Source of the DNA: Catajapyx aquilonaris
Taxonomy: Eukaryota
Assembly (NCBI GenBank): GCA_000934665.2
Contig: JYFJ02004364.1
Coordinates: 1-32,628, forward strand
Direction: 5' to 3'
Length of the DNA stretch: 32,628 nucleotides
The notes beneath the pieces are model-generated. The model had not been told where the DNA came from, ran no database searches, and saw nothing but the letters and a program-made list of their open reading frames with translations. A program made the translations under genes and the position numbers. Shown piece after piece: positions 11,551 through 22,492 of this stretch. The stretch's first letter is position 1. Every line of letters begins with the position of its first letter.

Positions 11551-13545
11551 CCCATTGGGAATCATATTAAACATAACAATAATGGTGTACATATTTCGTT
11601 TTAAAAAAGGTGAGTTTGAACAGGAGTTTTGCCTCAAGTATTGATTGTTCTTTGAATTGAGCAAGCAGGTCTTTTAAAAACAATTTAAAAACTATACACT
11701 AAAACAGCACCCACAATAATATTAATGTTCGGCAAATGCAAGGTTTTTTTATATCAAAAGTATACCGTAGTGTACTGGACTACATGCTCACATGACTTGC
11801 AGCAGAAAGTTTTCGAGTGGCATTCACATCACATGAGACGAACCTGCAACTGAGCTAGTATATGAAATTCAGTTAACAGGAATGGCAGAATCTTAACACA
11901 CATTGTCATTTGCCATAAAGCAAAATACTTGGCGCACCAGGTATAACCATAAACTAGTTGAGAAGTCAACCTGGTCGATGACAAACGTATGGCGCTGGCC
12001 GCCGGGGGAACAAGCTAAAATCTATTAGTAAAAATGAACAGCTCAATCGAGCACGGTGGCACCATACAACTATATTAAGAACATTATGCACAGCTTATGC
12101 TGAAGTTACAAACATATCTAGGGTGTTACTTGTTCAGACTTTGTACATAACAGTGGCTTAATTCAGAACTGCAACCAATTGTTGCTACAATTTTTTTTTT
12201 TTTTTTGAAAGACAGAAATCTTGTTGAACACAAAAACATACAAAGCAAGCACATCAGTGACGTGCTACATCAACTAGCAATAATCAAAATTATTTGTGGC
12301 AATAAGGTCACATGGGTCCCACATAATTCTATTGGTATCAACAAGTTTATGATGACCATTGAAGAATGAGAGAAGATGAGCATTGCATGGGTGAGATATG
12401 TGGATGAGCTTAGAGCATTTTGAAAAGAGGATGCTTTAGAGAAAGTGGATAAAGTACCTGTATTGTGTGGAACCCATAAAACTTGCCTGCAGAGCTGAGG
12501 TATATCGTTTGAAAAACACACGCTTCGGCATGTGGTTGTACTTGATACTTGGACAAAATAATTGATACGAAATTATTCCTCCATGTTACACACAAATGTC
12601 AGTACACATCTTACATTAAAACTTATGTAATTGTGCTCCCTTGAGGAGTTCTTTGCTCCACAGCATACCACTACAGCTGAATGGTAAAATTTAAAAACTG
12701 AGGAGAAAAAAAAAACATTGGCTACTTCTCGTTTCACTCGAGTTCCTTCTAAAAGTGACAAATAAGCTTAGTTAATAACATTCAAAAGGATTCCTCTTCA
12801 GATGAGGAAATCATCCTAATTTAGAGTCAAGACTCAAGAGTAGCACACAGCACATCACAAACACTACAGATGCATGGAACTGTCACATCTTACTGCTCAA
12901 TTCCGCTACTGCCACCATTTAGTCCAGGTACTTCACACTTCACTGAAGGTGTTAACTCTTCCTAGAGGTACTCACGCTGATTACTGAGGATGTGGTAACC
13001 CAATCAAAAACATCTATGCGCAATTCTGCACCATGCATGCTGGTGTCTTGTCCAAAAACCTTAAGGTATGCACCGTTTTTCAGTCATGTTTCCAAGAAGC
13101 ACTGTTTCAACTTTCAACCTCCTCAAATGCATGGTTCGGGGACAGGCACTATGAGGATCATAAAGTTGTCTCTCTGTGGCAACCGATTGGAGGTATGCCT
13201 AGTAGCTAAGCTTGGTGCAGGCACTGTATGTAGTCTAGCTTGGAGGGCAACACGTTCCATGACTCAAGAAGCTGCAAGAACCTCCGAGTTTAATCCCACC
13301 ATTCTTGGAGTGTGTCACCGGACAGCGCTGGCATGATGCTCTATAAAGTTGATGCAAAGTTAATTAGGTGACAACGTGCCGAGAAGGCAGGGTGAAAAAA
13401 TATATTTAGTGTGTTTCAGAATATAGTTAGCTTCAATATTGGTTGAAATGTCACCAACTCTCCTGCATCCAGTTGGTACGCTACAGGAAAAATTGTCTTG
13501 TACCCTGGAAAGCAGCGCAGCGCCTGGAAGCATTGTCTGAGCCAG

Positions 13546-13910
13546 CCTCCGGACACTACCTCTACGTTCTTATCTTATCACCTGCCGGGGCGTTTTGCAG
13601 GAGGTGCTCACCTGAGAGCGCCATGAGACCTTTCACTGCACTGCTATGTGGCGACCCTACCGGACTACGCTGAACTTTATAGGTACAAAAGGGAAGCGCT
13701 ACATTGGGGGACCCAACCTGGTCGCCGGCGGCCTTGCATGTTGGGCCCGCATGTAGCGCTTCCCTTTTGTACCTATAAAGTTCAGCGTAGTCCGGTAGGG
13801 TCGCCACATAGCAGTGCACGGAAAGGTCTCATGGCGCTCTCAGGTGAGAACCTCCTGCAAAACGCCCCGGCAGGGGGTAGGTGGGAGTGTCCAGACCTTA
13901 GTATTCTATG
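13546..13910. mobile_element. palindromic non-autonomous element
   Basis: ~135-bp near-perfect arms (13579-13715 vs 13739-13875). Additional degenerate outer inverted arms at ~13488-13540 and ~13935-13988. Confidence 0.8.
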
Positions 13911-14419
13911 ACCATGGTCTGTGCACAAGTTGATTTAGTCATGCTTCCACCTGCGCTGCTTGCCAGGATACTGCATAAGGCAATTTTTACTACTGTGCCT
14001 GGCAAATAGCCAAAAGAACCAAAGGATCACGTCTCTTGTGGAATTCCCCTTATGGCCGGCGCAAACGAGAAAATGTGGGAGGGAGGTAACTTGCACGCAC
14101 ATATCCAAGTACTCGTGTTGCCCGCTAGAGGGTACAAGTGTCGCGGCCAACCCAGCCCATGCTGGCATGCCAGCACGCAGATCGGCTCCAAATTTTTTGG
14201 CTGCAGGAAATCTGCACGCGCACATTGCCTGAGGAGAGCGCATGTGCTGTGCTGTCCTAGGTGGGCGGGTTGCTCCCAAGTTGCCTCCAAATTGCCCCGT
14301 TTGCGCCGCCGGCCCTTATTCACCATTCCCTAGCCCCTGAAGGGCAGCATCAGGACTTGAGGGTGTGATATTTCTGCTCATATGACTAAGAGTTAAATTT
14401 TGTAACACACAACATGTTC

Positions 14420-14572
14420 AAGCATGGTGATCAAGAAGAAAACGGGAGAACCCCGAGAAAACCCATGCAAACACAGCGAGAATCCAAAGAAACTCTTCCA
14501 CATAAGTGTCCTCCGCGTCCGACCCGGGGAACGAACTCGGGACCTTAGAGGTGGAATGCTGTGGCGTTAACC
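14420..14572 (-). mobile_element. truncated tRNA-derived SINE (same family as 19491-19791)
   Basis: aaacgggagaaccccgagaaaaccca-gc-aacac...gacccgggga-cgaactcgggaccttag-ggtggaa is shared with the 19491-19791 copy. Confidence 0.8.
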
Positions 14573-15795
14573 CAGGGCCGGATCTAGGGGGGGGGGGGGG
14601 NNNNGGGGGCGGCATGTCTTGCCCCTTGAAATGTACTTGTTGCTTAAAATAATATTTTAACCCAATTATTTGCTCAACCCCTGAAAGCAAAACTTTGAAC
14701 AACAGGCAACTGGCCATATTTGGCTCTTTTTTTGGGATATTTTTTGAACTTTTTGAGGCAATTTCTGGACTTTTTGGGCCTATTCTGGACCTATTTCCTT
14801 CAGATGCATTTGTTGTGCTCCTGAAAGGACCAAAATCCTTCAGAAGTAATACGACATAGTTTCCGCTTTCCCTAATGAAAATCAAGAAAAATATTTGGGG
14901 ACATACTGTGCAAGAGTGGAAACGGGCTATGAACGGTAGAGTTCAAAGCAAGTCATACTTGCTGGCACTTTGATTTGTATTTTTCCCACATTTTGTGATT
15001 TTCTGTCAGTTCATCTTTGTCATTAGATTTTTTCTCTGGTTTGTGACCTTATATTTATACTTTAGGCCTATAAAAATTTGTGTCTAGCTTTTTGATTTTC
15101 TGTAACATTATCTTCCGTATAACTCTCGCAAATAAGTAAATTTTTGTGAGTATATATTTTAGGTTTTTTCCCATGTATTGAAGGGTTTATTTGTGCCAAT
15201 TTCAGGTATTTTCTTGCCTAAAAATGCGGGCTTTACTTATTACATTAGTACAGTAATTCCAGCCAGTACTGTGCTCCACGAAGCATCTACGAAAAGATTG
15301 GAAAAAACAATAAATGTGTGAGCTTCCAAATGGCGAAATAATTTAGAGAAATTCTAGATTCCGACATAGCCTACCTGGAGATATCTTAAATTAGTTCTAA
15401 GTGCCTCCACTATATTTTTCTTGATAATTTCAGTTGTTATTTTCTTGAATAAGAATTTCACGAAAAAAATTATATCGAAAACTTTTAGGTTGTAAGCCCA
15501 TACTCGGCTGTGTCGCAAAGGTATAGGCCCGTCTGACATCGCAGGAGTATTGAACGCTTAATTGGTTTGAGTCATTTGACATACAGTAAGATTACGCCAT
15601 AAAATATTTAGAATTTTGCAACTAAGAACTCACTATCAGAATTTTGGTGCCTGGTACAGTTCTTTAAATTGCCTGAAGTAGGTAAGTTACTGAACATAAT
15701 ACATGCATGCCAAAAAAAAGTAAAATGAAGTGACGCTTTCAAAATGCGTGGGTGGTCGGGTGGGAGCGGCACCAAAGGCCTTTGCCCCCCCTAGA
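14573..15795. mobile_element. hAT-like element ends (right end truncated; interior probably composite)
   Basis: Left end CAGGGCCGGATCTAGGGGGG..., partial right end TTTGCCCCCCCTAGA. No TSD is visible, and NNN lies in the G-run at 14601-14603. Confidence 0.4.
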
Positions 15796-15821
15796 CTAGA
15801 AATTGTTATTTAAAAACTCAC

Positions 15822-15890
15822 GGGTCCTGCTTCCTTCTTCTCTATGGCCGGCTGGATGAGTAATTGGGTGTCGCGGAGTACAATCATCTC
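15822..15890 (-). CDS. bol: boule-like copy 1, exon B (RRM C-terminal strands): EMIVLRDTQLLIQPAIEKKEAGP
   Basis: Acceptor cttgtttcccttcgcatcacAG and donor CCC|GTGAGT. 69 nt, phase 0/0. Resembles the Boule segment ECVVLRDRKLNIAPAIKKQ and continues exon A in frame. Confidence 0.85.
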
Positions 15891-16008
15891 CTGTGATGCG
15901 AAGGGAAACAAGAAGTAATCCTATAATCATGCAATATGGGAACCTCATGCAACTATGCCACACTCTGCAATAATGTAAGCCTGCAGTTGTACCAGATATT
16001 TGATAAAA

Positions 16009-16290
16009 TCTATATAAATAAAGAAGGATGTGATCTGTCTGTGTCCGTCCGCCCGCCAGTGCCATTTGTGGTCCTACTCCAACACCTTCAACCTCTCCCG
16101 CCTGTATAACACCAACCTGCCATCTGAGGTCCACCCCAAACACCTCCCACCTCTCCCGTTCTTCCGACCTGGCCTTCCTAAAAGTGTCATGGCGGCTCTC
16201 TGTGCGTGAAAATTTTTACGGGGCTACAGGTAGGTGTTATCCCTTCATTCATTTCTTCCCGGGCAACGCCGCGCCGGGTGCCGCAGCTAG
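16009..16290 (+). mobile_element. non-autonomous Helitron in the copy 1 intron
   Basis: A|TCTATATAAATAAA start, subterminal hairpin CCCGGGCAACGCC...GCCGGG and CTAG|T end. Absent at the paralogous position in copy 3 (~32290). Confidence 0.85.
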
Positions 16291-16539
16291 TACTATATAA
16301 AGAAACTCAAAACCACCAAAAATGAACTTTGTGAGTTTTTCTAGTCTGCAGGCAACACAGTAGCCTATATTACAGTATAACAGCATCACAAGTATGATGT
16401 AGCCTACATCATAATTTTTAACATTTTACTCTATGATAGGCCTCCTTGCTTTATACAGTGATTTACAGTGGTACGTGAACACAATTATTTTGGGGTTACG
16501 CGAAAGATATCGTGCAACAGTCTCTACATATATCTAATT

Positions 16540-16941
16540 CAGCGGTTCTTAATCTGCGGTGCTCGCACCCCCAGGGGGTGTGAGGTGGCTCCGTGCGAGC
16601 AGGGTTGCCAGATGTAATTTCCGGGTCCATATCATGTACCATAATGGTACACAAATGATTTCACCACAAAATGTGTGACCTTGAATCCAAAGAAATTTTC
16701 GGCTGCGGCCGGCTTGCTCCCCACCCTTTACGACATGATCAACTTTTTCATTGGCGAGTATTTCCCCCCCAATTTATATCACTTTGCTTTAAATACTCGA
16801 TTTGCAAAAAGTACCATAATTTCCGTGGGTTGGTATACCATAATTCGATTCCGCGATCTGGCGAGCAAGGTGCACCTCTAACTATGAACGTCCAACTGTT
16901 TTCAAAGGGGTGCGGAGGCCCGAAAAGGTTAAGAACCACTG
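16540..16941. mobile_element. hAT (Charlie-like) MITE with a nested AGGGTTGCCAGAT-type element (~16600-16866)
   Basis: TIRs CAGCGGTTCTTAATCT / AGGTTAAGAACCACTG. The 8-bp TSD is not clean. Confidence 0.65.
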
Positions 16942-18079
16942 TTCTCAACTTCTAATTCAACAAGAACTTATGAGAAAAACACAGAAAATGGCCCAACTCA
17001 TTCGCATCTTTCTTTTATGCTAAGTTATTATTATTTTCGTGAAGATTTATTATATGCCGAGGCATTTTCTGACTGATGCCATTTTTCATTCAGCACACGC
17101 GTTGAAACTCAAGAAGCAACAATGGCAGTGTTACCTCGAACAACTGCTTCAATTCTACCATTGCGCTTTGTGAGGATTTAAAAATAAACTCTGGGGCTGC
17201 AGGTGCTGATCTACCTAGCCTAACAAGTTTCGATTATATCAACGAATGAAACTGAGAGCCTTGAAAAAAAAAATATCCATCCTGTTGTTTCAAGCCCTTT
17301 TGATTTACAGGCAAATGGCAAAGTTCATCATTTCGGCGGTTCTTTGTAAGACCATAAAAGTGCCAGTTACCAAAGTTTTATCGTACATATATGTACTATA
17401 TCGCTCAAGTGCGGCCTACACTTGAATCAAATTCAAAATCGTGTTTTTGAGCGATATAATAGTACATATTCTGAAAGGCCAAGATCTACTCTACTTTCAG
17501 GAAGTGAAAACCAGAACACCCCATCTTGAATAGACACCAAACAGTAGGCTTTTTTCAGAACCCTTGCAAATGCTCGTTTTTGCTCGCCGTCGTGAAGAAA
17601 AATGAGTATAAATCCAACATGGTGGCAGATAAAAAATTAACGAAAATTGTTTTGAGCAATTCAATACCAAGGCTACCTATGCTGTGGTGAAAAAATAAAA
17701 AATTAACTAGATGGTCGAGCAACCACCATGGACCATTTCACATGGAATGACTCTCAATAAAAAATCAGCCACGTGATCACTCCAATTCAGTGGCTATCGC
17801 AAGCCAATGAAATGTCTGTTCTCATAGGCGCATGTAGTGGTCACGCCAGCGAGTGCATATCACACAATAATTATTTGCCCCGCCATATAATACACATCAT
17901 ATCCACACTTAACCATTAAGCAGTGCGCTGGGGATTAACTGACCACCACGCATCGTAACATCCCATTTAGTAGTGTTGCCACATTGTGCAACCAGCATTT
18001 ATTTTTATTAAATAATGCTTTTTGTGCGCAATATATGACTCGAAAAATTGGTCGCCATCTACCTTTGTCAAAATAATAA

Positions 18080-18702
18080 TAGTCAAATCCCGATAACTCG
18101 AACCACCATGAGACCAAGAAAAAAAAAATCCACTTATCGAATATGGTGGGGTAAACAGCACCCGCACAAATTAAACACCTGCAGTATGTTGTGTATACTG
18201 TATCTGTATAGTGTAGACTGTAGAGTGTTGTTTATTGCTTTTATAGTGCTGAAACCCGTTTTAGGGGTTATAACAGCACTTTGCAGTAGCCTACAGTGTA
18301 GCCTCTGAGCTCTGACTGCTCTGAGCCAAAAGGCATGTCACTACCGCAAAGTAATGCATGAGGCACTACCTACAGGAAAGGGAGCTTAAAACACGTGGCT
18401 TTCAGAGGGCTTCGTGCATTCCTTCGCGGCTTATCGAGAATATTAACCAGCTGGGGTGGAAATCTCCAAAAATGAATCCTACCACATGTTTGCCCAACTT
18501 GGAAATTCCCCGGTGTTGACAAAATTCGACTTATTAATAGTGAAAGTGCTGCGGAGTTCACAAAATATATTCGACTTATTGAGAAAATCGAGTTATCGAG
18601 TTATCGGAGTTCAATTTGCATTACAGTATAATTATGGAGAATCCGCCAAGTCCAAGATTTTCTTCGACTTATCGAGAATTTCGAGTTATCGGAATTTGAC
18701 TG
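18080..18702. mobile_element. pogo/Tigger-like MITE
   Basis: (t)AGTCAAATCCCGATAACTCGAA...TTCGAGTTATCGGAATTTGACTG|TA, with repeated TCGA(C/G)TTAT motifs. Confidence 0.75.
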
Positions 18703-19030
18703 TAATAAAACATCTTGGATGGTTTCTGGTGCCTGCTGTGCTGCTGCTGTGGCCATTTCTAATGCGACAAAATTGGCAATTTCTCAATGTTCCAGCTCAA
18801 CTTTTCACTATTCAGATAACAAATATTTAAAACTGGTTTTCACTTTTCATACATTATAGGAATGGCTAGGCTACAGTTTGCGATCGGGGTTGGGGAGGGA
18901 GGGGGGGGGGGGGCTCCCAACGGTTGGCAACGGTGCGTCTCAAACAATCGGGTGCATTGATACCAAATTCGAATGCCTTCATGCTTTGCTTGATTAGAGA
19001 GGATATACAGTACGTAGGCTACAGTACAAT

Positions 19031-19285
19031 GAAGAAGGGAGAATTGAATGTCCAGGTCACGTTGTGGAAATTGACGAAACCAAAATAGGTTAGTCCTTCA
19101 CGCTTTCTTTTATCATGACATGTGTGAGGGTGTGTGTTCTTGTCTTCAATAAGGTATGGGGACGGAAACAGGTGTGTTACTGTAACTCTGGGGACGTTGA
19201 CCCAATTGTGGGGACATTTTAGGTCCCCACAGGGCAAAACTGCTTCACACACGAGAATCTCACATCGGACGAATATGTACGGCGG
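19031..19285 (+). mobile_element. Merlin/ISXO2-like transposase fragment with possible right TIR
   Basis: EEGRIECPGHVVEIDETKIG matches the Merlin GGPG.xVEIDEx.FG motif and is followed by G|GTTAGT. GACGAATATGTACGGC resembles a Merlin terminus. Confidence 0.6.
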
Positions 19286-19293
19286 GCAAACTG

Positions 19294-19485
19294 TAGTATT
19301 TGATATCAGAAAAAACACGATCGAAAATGATAGCTCCTCAACAAAACCGTCTAAGTACGTAAAAAAAACCTGTCTCCCCATGTTTTAGAGGTCGCTGATT
19401 TCAATTTTCAGGTTATTTTGAACCTGGACATACAGGGTGTACCAAAAAGTCGCCATGGAATTCAAGAACTTCTAGACAAAAACAC

Positions 19486-19558
<73 letters not shown>

Positions 19559-20720
19559 GATACCCCGTGATAGGCCCCTTGGGCCTCTTAGGGGATCATC
19601 TTTTGAATAACCGATTTTAATCATTTTGCCTGTAATGTGATGGATTTTGATAGTGGGAGGAAACGGGAGAACCCCGAGAAAACCCACGCGAACACGGAGA
19701 GAACCCATCGAAACTCTATCCACATAAGTATCCTCCGTCCGACCCGGGGATCGAACTCGGGACCTTAGCGGTGGAAGGCTGTCGACCAGTGAAAAACACT
19801 ATAAGTAGGTGTAAATAACAATTCCCGATGTTTCCGCGGTCACTGATTTTGATTTCAAGGTTATTTTGAACCAAGACCTACAGGGTGTACCGAAAACACT
19901 GTCGAATTTGTATAGGATAAATGGTATAAATGATTGCAAATAATGTTCTTAATAAAATGAGAGGGTTACTAAGAGAATTAAATCATTTGTTTATTTACTA
20001 ATTATTTTTAATTTTGATAAAATAAAATTTTAAAAATAGCTTGATTTTTTTTTTGGTGTTCGTTTGATAAATCCTATCATGAAAAAGGCGCGACACGCAA
20101 CGACATCATGAAATTGCTGTTATGGTGACCTTCAGGATGTACTGTAACTAGAATATCATAATCCAGCTGCTAATATCTGCTAGCCCCAATTTTAGAAATG
20201 AAAACACCTGAGAGGTGCATGCGAGGGAGGTTCTATTTATGACCTAAACTGAATTTCAAAGATCATTAATTAATAACTTCTACATTTTTCAGAAGCACAG
20301 TGTGTTTTCTAAAGTTCTGAGTGCCTACATAACAAAAAACTACATAATTTAAACAGCAATCGCGATTTTGTGCAGAAACATCATTTTCAACTAATTCCAC
20401 TATTTATTCCATGAGCTCTCACATTTGATGGTGTTTTTGATACAGGGGTGTAGGTCCGGGTTCATTATAGCTTAAAAATCAAAATCAGTGTTCCCCAACA
20501 CATTGGATTTTTTTTTCACCTATCCGTACTTATAATGTAGATTCTACAAGTTCTTAAATTCGGTGGTCTTTTATGGTACACCCTGTATGTCCTGGTTCAA
20601 AATAACCTAAAAATTGAAATCAGCGACCCCTAAAACATGGGGAGACAGGTGTTTTACGTACTTAGACGGTTTAGTTGAGGAGCTATCATTTTCGATTGTT
20701 TTTTCTGATATCAAACACTG
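19294..20720. mobile_element. non-autonomous Tc1/mariner-type element with long (~300 bp) subrepeated TIRs, in the copy 1 intron
   Basis: (t)AGTATTTGATATCAGAAAAAAC...GTTTTTTCTGATATCAAACACTG|TA. Internal direct repeats ggttattttgaacc..gac.tacagggtgtacc. A SINE is inserted in the left arm. Confidence 0.82.
19491..19791 (-). mobile_element. 5'-truncated tRNA-derived SINE with (TTA)n tail
   Basis: B box GAGTTCGATCCC and (TAA)n on the plus strand at 19488-19556. 13-bp TSD AAAAACACTATAA at 19478-19490 and 19792-19804. Confidence 0.9.
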
Positions 20721-20828
20721 TATGTCGTCTGGTGATTGGGTGTGAATCGGGCAGATATATTGGTGTGATACCACTGTAATACGCTAACTAAAATTCGAAA
20801 TTCCAAACATATAAAGAATGAAGCTCAC

Positions 20829-21188
20829 CTCTCCGAGAACCCTCTGAGCTTCGCTGTCTGATTCGAAGGTAACAAATCCATACCCCTTCTTAACCCCAGC
20901 TCGGTCATAAATTATCTTGACTCCCGTGATGACACCAAAGCAAGCGAAGCATGCGGTCAGTTCAGTCTTAGTAGTCCCGGCAGGAAGCCCTCCTACGAAT
21001 ACACGGTTCGGGACCAAGGTCCCGTACGTAGGAACTTTCTTGGCAGCAGCCGCTGCTGCAGTACCATAATTTCCTCCACTACCTCTTCCGCTGCTCCCTC
21101 CAGTGCTAATTTCGCTCGGTGGGGCCATTCCACTGGATGTCTGGTTCATAGAGAGCGGGTTGGTCTGGCTATTCCAGCATGAATCCGG
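20829..21188 (-). CDS. bol: boule/DAZ-family RNA-binding protein, copy 1, exon A (N-terminus plus most of RRM)
   Basis: Encodes ...KKVPTYGTLVPNRVFVGGL...DRAGVKKGYGFVTFESDSEAQRVLGE, matching the Boule signatures YGTLxPNRxFVGG (RNP2) and DRAGVxKGYGFVTF (RNP1). Acceptor ctgatctgttgttctttcAG, donor GAG|GTGAGC. 360 nt, open throughout, candidate ATG at 21149. The symbol denotes the family; orthology is not established. Confidence 0.92.
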
Positions 21189-21240
21189 CTGAAAGAACAA
21201 CAGATCAGTGTTCGTATTTACAAGTTCAATATTGATTGAG

Positions 21241-21600
21241 GTTCATTAGGCCTGAACAATGAGAAGCAAGAGCATTTCATCAGACTGAGTGAGTACAGTA
21301 TGTGAGAATGATAATGAGTCACTTGGCAATTATTATTGGTAGACCTATCTAAGGCAATAAGAAGTAGCCTACTGGAATAAAATAAGTTTTTAAAAAAAAT
21401 ACAGCCTATTGCATAACTTGCAGTGCGTATAAACCATAGATATCTATTGTTGTGCATTGTCATTGACGTCATGATGTCATTGACGATGTGACAGCGCAAT
21501 CCTGTCCTTTACGCTGCTAGAAACATGTGCTGGTGCAGTCCTCAGACTGCCAATGTTGATTCGGGACTGTTTAGCCCTATATTGTTCCCAAACGGACGTT
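21241..21600 (-). promoter_or_regulatory. conserved upstream non-coding blocks of copy 1 (putative promoter / 5' UTR intron)
   Basis: Aligns by eye with 25245-25500 and 25965-26050 upstream of copy 2 (for example gctgctag-aac--gtgctgg-gcagt and tgttgatt-gg-actgttta-cc-t). Function is inferred from position only. Confidence 0.4.
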
Positions 21601-21699
21601 TGGGAACAATAGGGCTAAACAGTCCCGAATTAACGTCCCCCGGGCAGTGCAGCCAATTTCTATTCCTACACAATGTGTCAAAGGGCCGCTAGGAAATGT

Positions 21700-22092
21700 T
21701 GTATTTGTCAATGCCGTTTTACGATTTCTAATTATGGGGAAGTTGAAAGGGGTGTTATGTACAAGATGAAGCCTCGCACCTAGGCAGACCTGAGAGAACC
21801 ATCTAAGCAGCTATTGCAACCATTGATGAAGCGACGCGACGCTGCATAGGACGTTTGACAGTTTGAAGCATTGCAGTGAGTTAGTCTGTGTCTGGACCAC
21901 GGCTGGATGATGTCGACGGTGGCCACTTACACAGCACTTACTGTGATGTAGTCACCTTTCACAACATACGTGGAATCACTGGAATGTTGTAAACAAAATA
22001 TAGCCTACCGTACACTGTCTTTATTTTCTTGCGTTCTGTGGGGGTTAGGAAGCTACTGTACATTCGGGTCAACTACCTCGTGAATCTACCTG
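21700..22092 (+). mobile_element. Tc1/mariner fossil (transposase C-terminus plus right TIR), paralogous to 31091-31620
   Basis: Degenerate DF.LWG.LK..VYK.KPRT..DL...AIATIDE...GGH..HLL*. The TIR ggtcaactacc..tgaatc..cctg is shared with the copy 3 region. Confidence 0.65.
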
Positions 22093-22193
22093 GTATTAAT
22101 TCCAGTCACCACCGTCAAATTATTATCATCATTGTCATGTCATCAGGAGGGGGAAATGAACCCACACGCCCACGATCATTCAAGTTAGGCGCC

Positions 22194-22471
22194 TTAGTCG
22201 TGCGGGATTTTCCTCCCTTCCAGATAGATGCTTGCCCAACATTTCCATTGGTGCAACCTAAACTTTGGCATTTTCTGACTGCGAATCTAAAAGTCACTTA
22301 CGATTATGATTGCATTTTTACAAATGTTATTGAAAACTTCTAAAATATATTGTTCTCAGTCCTGGGAATGTAAAGTACCAAGGCACGTCACAGTTAGCTT
22401 ACCCACATGCATAATAAACCATAAAATATTTCACAACAACAATAATAATTGCTCAGTAACATTGATTGCCT
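22194..22471 (-). CDS. candidate 3' exons of copy 2 (22403-22471 and 22194-22286)
   Basis: Acceptor tttttgctcctctAG, donor TGG|GTAAGC and second acceptor gacttttAG are all shared with copy 3. Phase-0 reading gives RQSMLLSNYYCCCEIFYGLLCMW + IRSQKMPKFRLHQWKCWASIYLEGRKIPHD*. The frame is not conserved in copy 3, so this may be largely UTR. Confidence 0.35.
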
Positions 22472-22492
22472 CTAGAGGAGCAAAAACAATTA

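Noticed and set aside
12270..13340. Decayed coding-like stretches (possible LINE or transposase remnants)
   Set aside because: Multiple stops and no motif assignable with confidence. They do not resemble boule downstream exons.
15796..16143. 115-aa minus ORF similar to ORF 32066-32257 (IIG.LLV.L.ITG...REFLNNNF)
   Set aside because: The similarity comes from conserved intron and splice sequence read in the wrong frame. The ORF begins inside a Helitron, and the real exon is in another frame.
17540..17755. Possible Sola-like terminus (TTTCACATGGAATGACTCTC)
   Set aside because: No partner TIR or TSD was found.
19472..19723. Poly-Tyr ORF
   Set aside because: SINE body plus (TTA)n tail.
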